A DNA stretch of 55,105 nucleotides from UHGV virus genome UHGV-0308106. One strand, written 5' to 3'. Under the pieces are notes generated by a model that was not told where the DNA came from, did no database searches, and saw only the letters and a list, made by a program, of their open reading frames with translations. This document shows positions 48,917-55,105 of the stretch, piece after piece. Origin of the DNA: a virus. Numbering within the stretch: position 1 is the first letter of the stretch; each line of letters starts with the position of its first letter. The translations under genes were made by a program, and so were the position numbers.

Positions 48917-49207
48917 TCAAAAATATTGAGCTTTAATTATAATAAACACAATAATTACGAACAGGATGTTTCTAATTATTTTTTGCTTATGAGTAAGTTG
49001 TTTTTTTTCTGTCGATTTCCCGGGAGAGTAAAGGTTAGTGGTATGCGACAGCCCCGTGCCGGGAAGGCCATTTGTCATCTTTACGCCTTTTTTCCCGATG
49101 TTAATGGTGGAACCTTTACCACCAATTGAAGTGCTTACTCCGCTTTTACTAATGTTGATCGCGAGTCCGGGCGCAATCCGGATTCTTTTACGAAATCTAA
49201 ATCCCAT
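48917..49207 (-). CDS. DUF4236-like protein (antisense moron)
   Basis: 96-aa; RIAPGLAINISKSGVSTSIGGKGSTINIGKKG; C-terminal TM; AT-rich; hairpin terminator at 48895-48912. Confidence 0.45.
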   Translation of the reverse strand: MGFRFRKRIRIAPGLAINISKSGVSTSIGGKGSTINIGKKGVKMTNGLPGTGLSHTTNLYSPGKSTEKKQLTHKQKIIRNILFVIIVFIIIKAQYF

Positions 49208-49429
49208 TTGTTACTCCTGTAGTCAATAATGCGATGGTGCAGGTCCACTCTATGGCGGCTTCATGGCTGAAATTGATTTTCAATGCTTACTTGTTGCAAA
49301 CATATCCTAATACACCTTGTGAATGTGTGCCATTGCAGCGGAAAAGCCTTACTTCACACTGATGTAGCTTAGTTACTAAGAGATAATTGATACCAAACCA
49401 GCTTCGGCTGGTTTTTTTATGGGGGTTTT

Positions 49430-50170
49430 ATGCCAATTCCAACTCAATCACAGATCGGCGGTGAGCAGCAGACCGCGCAGGCCATTGCCGATTCGGTGTC
49501 GACCCAGATGCGCGTAGCGATGCCCGGCATCATTCAGTCGTTCGATCCTGAGACTGTTACCTGCACAGTAGAGGTGGCGCTACGCGGTATTGTTGGCGAT
49601 GGATCCACCGAATTAAAACCGCTGGTGGATGTGCCGGTCATCTTCCCGCGCGGCGGCGGTTGCACGCTGACCTTTCCGGTAAAAGAAGGCGACGAGTGCC
49701 TCCTGATTTTTGCTGACCGTTGCATCGATTTTTGGTGGCAGAGCGGCGGCGTTCAGGAGACCGTCGACCCGCGCCAGCATGACTTATCTGATGCGTTCGC
49801 CATCGTTGGCCCGCAGTCGCAAGCACGGAAAATCAGCGGTATCAGTACCAGCGCCGCGCAGCTGCGAACCGATGATGGTGCGGCGTTTGTAGAAGTCGCC
49901 GCAGGACATAACATCACCATTAAAACACCGGGCCAGCTTACAGCTACGGCTGAAGGTGGAACGACAATCACATCCCCGACTATCACGCTGAACGGCAACG
50001 TAACGATTAATGGCAACTTGTCTCAGGGAATGGGCGAAAGCGGCGGTACTGCGACGATGCTTGGGCCGGTGACGGTAACGAATGACGTAACAGCTTCTGG
50101 TATCAGTGTCGCCACGCATAAACATGGCGGAGTACAGACTGGCGGGGGAACTACCGGAGGGCCGCAATAA
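49430..50170 (+). CDS. baseplate spike protein gpV-like
   Basis: 246-aa; FPRGGG, C-terminal THKHGGVQTGG; followed by W/J/I-like genes. Confidence 0.75.
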   Translation: MPIPTQSQIGGEQQTAQAIADSVSTQMRVAMPGIIQSFDPETVTCTVEVALRGIVGDGSTELKPLVDVPVIFPRGGGCTLTFPVKEGDECLLIFADRCIDFWWQSGGVQETVDPRQHDLSDAFAIVGPQSQARKISGISTSAAQLRTDDGAAFVEVAAGHNITIKTPGQLTATAEGGTTITSPTITLNGNVTINGNLSQGMGESGGTATMLGPVTVTNDVTASGISVATHKHGGVQTGGGTTGGPQ

Positions 50171-50523
50171 TGCGATACCGTCGCGAAGATACTGAAGGCG
50201 ATTACACTTTCGGCCAGGGTGACGATACTTTCCTTATCGACAGTCCGGAATGTGTCGCCCAGGCCGTAAAAACCCGTTTCGAGCTGTGGCGCGGTCAGTG
50301 GTTTCTCGATCTGACGGAAGGCACGCCGTATGTTCAGTCAGTGCTTGGGAAGCAGCGATCAGATGTCTACATCCTGGCTATACGCGAACGCATACAGGAT
50401 ACACCGGGCGTTCTGTCGATTCTTTCCTTCGATACCAATTATGACGGCACCAGCCGTCGCGTCACCTTCACTTCCTCCATTGACACAATCTACGGCCAGA
50501 CGACTGTAACAAGCGAGGCATAA
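50170..50523 (+). CDS. baseplate protein (gpW/Mu gp46-like)
   Basis: 117-aa, ATGA-coupled between gpV-like and gpJ-like genes. Confidence 0.5.
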   Translation: MRYRREDTEGDYTFGQGDDTFLIDSPECVAQAVKTRFELWRGQWFLDLTEGTPYVQSVLGKQRSDVYILAIRERIQDTPGVLSILSFDTNYDGTSRRVTFTSSIDTIYGQTTVTSEA

Positions 50524-51723
50524 ATGGCTTTGAACCTCGACACGCTGGGGCTATCGGCAACGGTAACCGCCCAGGGGATTAGTGCGCCTGATTACCAGAC
50601 AATCCTAGATACACTGACCAGCTATTTCAGGCAGATTTACGGTAGTGATGCCTACCTCGAACCAGACAGCAAAGACGGGCAGATGGTCGCGCTGGTGGCT
50701 CTTGCCGTGCATGACGCTAACAACACCGCTATCGGGATCTACAACTCTTTTTCACCGACGACAGCGCAGGCCGCAGCGCTTAGCAGCAATGTGAAAATTA
50801 ACGGGATCACGCGAAAAGTAGCGACAAACTCTACTGCTGACCTTCTGTTAACCGGTACGGCAGGCACGACTATCACGAATGGCTCCGCACGGGATAAAAA
50901 CGGCATTATCTGGAATTTTCCCGCAAGTGTAGCGATCGGCGTTGATGGTACTGTGCTGGTGACGGCCACATGTGCGAATAGCGGTTCGGTTGCGGCGCTG
51001 GCCGGGACTATTACCACTATCAACACCCCGACCCGAGGTTGGGTGTCGGTAACCAATCCAGTTGCGGCTACTGTCGGTTCACCAGCCGAAACCGACGCAG
51101 AGCTGCGCATTCGGCAGGGGCAAAGCGTCGCGCTACCATCGATCACACCGTTTGAAGGTGTCGACGGTGCTATCGCTAATGTTGCTGGCGTGACACGTCA
51201 CAAACTATATGAGAACGACACTGGGGCAACCGACAGCAACGGGCTGCCGCCACACTCTATTTCCGCCATCGTCGATGGAGGGGATGTTACCGAGATAGCC
51301 CAAACAATCCGGGGGAGTAAAGGGCAGGGAACCGCAACTTACGGTACAACTTCTGTCACCGTGCCGGATACTTACGGTAATCCTCACGTCATCAGTTTTT
51401 CGCGTTCTACCGATGTGCCAATTTTTGTAGCCATTACCCTGAAAGTTTTTACCGGGTATACATCTCAAATCGGCGAGCAGATAAAACAGGCTGTTGCCGA
51501 TTATATAAATGGCCTGGCAATTGGCGATGACGTTCTGCTGAGTCGTATTTATTCCCCGGCAAACCTTGGCGTGGTAAGCGGAGGCAGTGCTCGCTATTAC
51601 GACATTCAGGAGCTGCTCATCGGCAAATCCTCTGACTCAGTCGCAAGCGGAAATATCGATATTGCTTATGACGAATCTGCGTCATGCGTTGCGAGTCACG
51701 TCACTATCACGGTGACCTCATGA
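50524..51723 (+). CDS. baseplate J-like protein
   Basis: 399-aa; ETDAELRIRQ motif; position typical of gpJ. Confidence 0.7.
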   Translation: MALNLDTLGLSATVTAQGISAPDYQTILDTLTSYFRQIYGSDAYLEPDSKDGQMVALVALAVHDANNTAIGIYNSFSPTTAQAAALSSNVKINGITRKVATNSTADLLLTGTAGTTITNGSARDKNGIIWNFPASVAIGVDGTVLVTATCANSGSVAALAGTITTINTPTRGWVSVTNPVAATVGSPAETDAELRIRQGQSVALPSITPFEGVDGAIANVAGVTRHKLYENDTGATDSNGLPPHSISAIVDGGDVTEIAQTIRGSKGQGTATYGTTSVTVPDTYGNPHVISFSRSTDVPIFVAITLKVFTGYTSQIGEQIKQAVADYINGLAIGDDVLLSRIYSPANLGVVSGGSARYYDIQELLIGKSSDSVASGNIDIAYDESASCVASHVTITVTS

Positions 51724-52400
51724 GCAAATACACCGAACTGATCACTAACTACCATGCTACCAAGCCACTCTTTTTTGACCATATAGATCTGAGCACCCGC
51801 CCGCTGATTGATGTGTCCAGCACTATGTCAGGGCTTGTAACAGCCTTCGATATCGATACGGCGGTTGGCGTGCAACTCGATATCCTCGGCCTGTGGATTG
51901 GGCGTAGTCGTATAGTCAGCCAGCCAATTAGCGGCGTTTATTTCAGCTGGGACACTGACGGGCTCGGATATGACCAGGGCATCTGGCAAGGGCCATATGA
52001 TCCTGATTCTGGCTATACGACGCTGAGTGATGAGACGTACCGCATCATTCTGAAAGCGAAAATCGCTATCAACAACTGGGATGGTCGGAACGACTCTCTG
52101 CCTCCCATCCTTGACGCTGCTACCGCAGGCTCTGGACTGAAGATGCAGATCGTCGATAACCAGGACATGACGATATCGGTCTGGGTTTTTCCCGAGACTG
52201 ATATTTCTGATGTGTCACTCGAACTGATAGCCGCTATCAAACAGGGTTATCTCACCGTTAAAGCTGCTGGTGTATGGGCTGGCGGCGTTGAAACACCCTC
52301 AGTCGAAACACCGTCCGAAGGAACAAAATTCTTTGGATTTGACATGGATAACGAATACATCGCCGGTTTTAATGACGGCGCATGGGGGAGATTACTTTAA
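51720..52400 (+). CDS. tail protein (gpI/YmfQ-like)
   Basis: About 226-aa from ATG 51720 (ATGA overlap with J-like gene). Confidence 0.5.
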   Translation: MSKYTELITNYHATKPLFFDHIDLSTRPLIDVSSTMSGLVTAFDIDTAVGVQLDILGLWIGRSRIVSQPISGVYFSWDTDGLGYDQGIWQGPYDPDSGYTTLSDETYRIILKAKIAINNWDGRNDSLPPILDAATAGSGLKMQIVDNQDMTISVWVFPETDISDVSLELIAAIKQGYLTVKAAGVWAGGVETPSVETPSEGTKFFGFDMDNEYIAGFNDGAWGRLL

Positions 52401-53026
52401 TGGCTGGAACTAATGATTTTAAAGCGTTTGCGACAGATGCTAATGCAAATGTTACCTCGCAGGAGGAATGGGAGACGCTAACCGCACTGAAGAAAGGATT
52501 CTCCTCGGGTAAAGCATCCAGCGCACAGGTCAGTAAAGCGCTGCGCCAACCGTCGACGATGGCGGCTGTACTGGGGCAGTTTATCGCGAACGCCGAACTG
52601 GACGCGCTCGATGATGGTGACGTTGATGGACTGGTGGCAAAGCTGGCGACAGCGATTACCACAAACCTTGGTTTAGGAGAAGCGGCGAAAAGGGATGTGG
52701 GCACAGGAGATAATCAGATACCGGATATGGGAGCATTCGCTTCTGGTTCGGGATGGTTCAGGCTACCAGGTGGATATATTGTTCAGTTTGGCACTTTTTC
52801 AGGAAACACGACCCGCTTTATCAGTGGACACTTCCCTATACCATTCCCTAATCAGCCGATGGTTTCAGTCAGTGTTATGTCTGATGCCGTTCAGTCAGAC
52901 CCGTCGAATCCTGCCCCGCAGGTTTTGTCTGTAAATTTTGAACATATCAGTAATTCAGCGTGGCGTGTGGCAACCAGTGATATCTCACAGCAATACAGAT
53001 TCAGTTATATTTCGATAGGACGGTAG
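52400..53026 (+). CDS. tail fiber protein (constant N-terminus plus variable C-terminus)
   Basis: About 208-aa; crossover-site peptide LGLGEAAK near residue 90 mirrors VGLGEGSA in the inverted alternative gene. Confidence 0.6.
   Translation: MAGTNDFKAFATDANANVTSQEEWETLTALKKGFSSGKASSAQVSKALRQPSTMAAVLGQFIANAELDALDDGDVDGLVAKLATAITTNLGLGEAAKRDVGTGDNQIPDMGAFASGSGWFRLPGGYIVQFGTFSGNTTRFISGHFPIPFPNQPMVSVSVMSDAVQSDPSNPAPQVLSVNFEHISNSAWRVATSDISQQYRFSYISIGR
52660..52681. repeat. candidate invertase crossover site (left)
   Basis: acaaaccttggtttaggagaa is near-inverse of the 54472-54497 site. Confidence 0.4.
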
Positions 53027-53028
53027 AA

Positions 53029-53469
53029 ATGCAGAAATATATTTTCAGTGCCGATAAAAATGCGTTTTTCCCTGTGGAGCTTAAAATCGCTTATCAGGAA
53101 TCCGGCGAATGGCCCGATGATGGAATCGAAATTGACGACACTGTTGCCGCCGAATTTATGAAGGAAGCACCAGAAGGAAAATACAGAGGTGTCATCGACG
53201 GAATGCCAGCATGGATTGATATTCCACCGCCAACTCATGAGGAACAAATTGCCGCAGCCGAACTGGAAAAGCAGCAATTGATTAATCAGGCCAACGATTA
53301 TATGAACAGTAAACAATGGCCTGGTAAAGCGGCTATTGGTCGTCTGAAAGGTGACGAGCTGGCGCAATATAATTTGTGGCTGGATTATCTGGACGCACTG
53401 GAGCTGGTCGATACTTCCGGTGCGCCAGATATTGAATGGCCTACACCTCCGGCAGTTCAGGCCAGATGA
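53029..53469 (+). CDS. tail fiber assembly protein
   Basis: 146-aa; C-terminal DIEWPTPP typical of Tfa chaperones. Confidence 0.7.
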   Translation: MQKYIFSADKNAFFPVELKIAYQESGEWPDDGIEIDDTVAAEFMKEAPEGKYRGVIDGMPAWIDIPPPTHEEQIAAAELEKQQLINQANDYMNSKQWPGKAAIGRLKGDELAQYNLWLDYLDALELVDTSGAPDIEWPTPPAVQAR

Positions 53470-54049
53470 CATCCGGCGCGGTGCTGGTATCTGTTGCCGT
53501 CACCGCGTCAATGTAATCCAGCACAGCGTTAAGGCGGGTTGTTTCTGCCTGCGTCAGTTTACGTCCGGCCTGCAATTTCAGTTGAATCAGACTGATGGAA
53601 GCCATAGCAGCATCAATCAGCGACTGGCGCTGTGCTTCTGCCGCGTCTACTGCGGCGCTATATTGTGCCTCGGTATCGGTCACCCATTTCTCTCCATCCC
53701 ATTTATCGTATGGCGTTAATGGGGCGATAGTGGTGGTTCCTTCCGGGTATTCTCCCAACTGTGAAATAGTCACAGGTTTGCCAGTAGCCGTGCTGTAAAC
53801 GGTTTCGCCGCGATGGTCTGCAACGTATTCCCAACCGGTCAAATCAGCCGTCCGGCAGACAGCAAAGCCGTCCTTTTTGCTGATTGGCGCATCCACGCAT
53901 GAATTGCCTGGAACGCCAACGCCAACGGGAAGATATTCTAACGATGCGGAAGTAAACTCCATCGTTTCTCCGTTGTAGTTGTAAACAGTGATAAAGCCAG
54001 CTTCCGTGGCGAACCCGTTTTCATCCAGGGTGATTTCTTTTGTGGTCAT
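53441..54049 (-). CDS. alternative tail fiber assembly protein
   Basis: 202-aa on opposite strand; C-terminal DVIWPELP; convergent with 53029-53469. Confidence 0.7.
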   Translation of the reverse strand: MTTKEITLDENGFATEAGFITVYNYNGETMEFTSASLEYLPVGVGVPGNSCVDAPISKKDGFAVCRTADLTGWEYVADHRGETVYSTATGKPVTISQLGEYPEGTTTIAPLTPYDKWDGEKWVTDTEAQYSAAVDAAEAQRQSLIDAAMASISLIQLKLQAGRKLTQAETTRLNAVLDYIDAVTATDTSTAPDVIWPELPEV

Positions 54050-54504
54050 TATACTGCCCTTACAATGTAGTTGAATGCAATGTTGCGCGGACGGGTTTCT
54101 GAACCACCTGGCGCGTTGGTCGCTATAGTTTTCAAGTTAATTCTCGCGCCAGTGGCATCAGCCCCCACGACGTATGGGCCGCCCGTTCCGTCTGGACCAG
54201 TCGCCCCCCATATTTCTTGGAAATAGTGGTCGTGGGCTTTAAACGTATCACTTTGTAACGAAAGGATTGTTCGCCCTGAATCCACACCACGCCCGTCATC
54301 CCAGCCACGAATGAATTCACCGCGTAAATCAGGCAATTTATTTGTCGGGTAAGCCTTTGCCAGTTCCGGGTATTCTTCAGCAGAAAAATCCGCACCATTG
54401 CATTTCAGCCAGCCTGTTGGCGGTGTGGCTGAAGGCCACGGAACAGGCACCCCAACAGGTAATGCTGAGCCTTCTCCCAAACCAACCTTTTTTATAACCA
54501 TCAA
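54049..54504 (-). CDS. alternative tail fiber variable C-terminal segment
   Basis: 151-aa on opposite strand; N-terminus spans the invertase crossover site. Confidence 0.55.
   Translation of the reverse strand: MMVIKKVGLGEGSALPVGVPVPWPSATPPTGWLKCNGADFSAEEYPELAKAYPTNKLPDLRGEFIRGWDDGRGVDSGRTILSLQSDTFKAHDHYFQEIWGATGPDGTGGPYVVGADATGARINLKTIATNAPGGSETRPRNIAFNYIVRAV
54472..54497. repeat. candidate invertase crossover site (right)
   Basis: TTCTCCCAAACCAACCTTTTTTATAA resembles hix/gix sites as recalled (TTCTTGAAAACCAAGGTTTTTGATAA). Confidence 0.4.
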
Positions 54505-54556
54505 AAATCTGGTGATGCTTCGCCGTTTCTCCTGTTTTCATAACAGGAGAAATCCC

Positions 54557-55105
54557 ATGATTTACGGTTATGCCCGAGTATCAACAAACCACCAGGACAC
54601 TGAATTGCAACTAACGGCGCTCAAGTCAGCGGGTTGTGAGAAAATTTTTGAAGAGCATGCCAGCGGGAGGAAATCGAATCGGCCGGTTCTAAAACGGCTG
54701 ATCGCCACTATGCAGCCGGGGGATGAACTGGTGGTCTGGAAGCTGGACAGGATAGGCCGCAACGTTCTGCATGCGCTGTTGATGTTCCAGCAGTTACAGG
54801 AAAAGGGTATCAACTTCCGCAGTATTACCGATGGCGTGGATCTCAAAACAGCCAGCGGCCGCTATAACTTTCGTAACATCCTTTCCGCAGCACAATATGA
54901 ATCTGATCTTAATAGCGAACGTACCTTAGCAGGGCTGGCCGTAGCCAGGGCAAAAGGGCGAGTTGGTGGTCGCAGGCCTAAGTTCACGGATGAGCAATGG
55001 TGGGAAATGGGGGAGCGGATGGCAACCGGTGAATCACGACAAAGCGTATCAAAAACATATGGAGTAGGGCTCTCAACTCTGTATAAAAAGTTTCCAGCTA
55101 GCTGA
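54557..55105 (+). CDS. serine DNA invertase (Gin/Hin/Pin family)
   Basis: MIYGYARVSTNHQD...QLTAL...VVWKLDRIGRN; AGGAG SD; ORF ends at last base of window. Confidence 0.9.
   Translation: MIYGYARVSTNHQDTELQLTALKSAGCEKIFEEHASGRKSNRPVLKRLIATMQPGDELVVWKLDRIGRNVLHALLMFQQLQEKGINFRSITDGVDLKTASGRYNFRNILSAAQYESDLNSERTLAGLAVARAKGRVGGRRPKFTDEQWWEMGERMATGESRQSVSKTYGVGLSTLYKKFPAS

Overview
This window reads as a mosaic temperate-phage genome (lambdoid layout) with a second, satellite-like integrative element nested inside its late structural operon. All calls rest on reading the ORF translations and DNA by eye; no database search or computation was run. Prophage, left to right: P4/Rac-type integrase (449-1699); leftward excisionase-like gene, Bet/RecT-like annealing protein and RecE-like exonuclease (1696-6729); small Zn-ribbon and Kil-position genes; an AT-rich three-gene block downstream of the repressor (7870-9009); repressor / operator palindromes / Cro(YdaS)-like / YdaT-like (9109-10383); lambda O- and P-like replication genes with iterons inside O (10468-12062); a methyltransferase remnant with an inserted moron; LexA-box-controlled dinI; nin-region genes with RusA; Q-like antiterminator; holin/GH19 endolysin/Rz/Rz1; small and large terminase, portal, MuF-like and DUF2213-like head genes (19876-25619). 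The nested block (about 25620-38366) carries a second P4-type integrase, AlpA-like regulator, a two-gene TA-like cassette, Icd-like gene, a catalytic-domain-only tyrosine recombinase, a 926-aa primase-helicase, a 12-copy GAACCAAC iteron origin, and an orphan small-terminase paralog. It also carries diverged paralogs of the helper's baseplate hub, secreted partner and gpV spike, and two proteins sharing a C-terminal motif with the helper scaffold-like protein. The prophage then resumes with capsid and contractile-tail genes (38367-52400) and ends with an e14/Mu-type invertible tail-fiber segment and a serine DNA invertase (52400-55105). No rRNA, tRNA or CRISPR array was seen. The most interesting signals are the nested satellite-like element and its apparent helper-mimicking genes.
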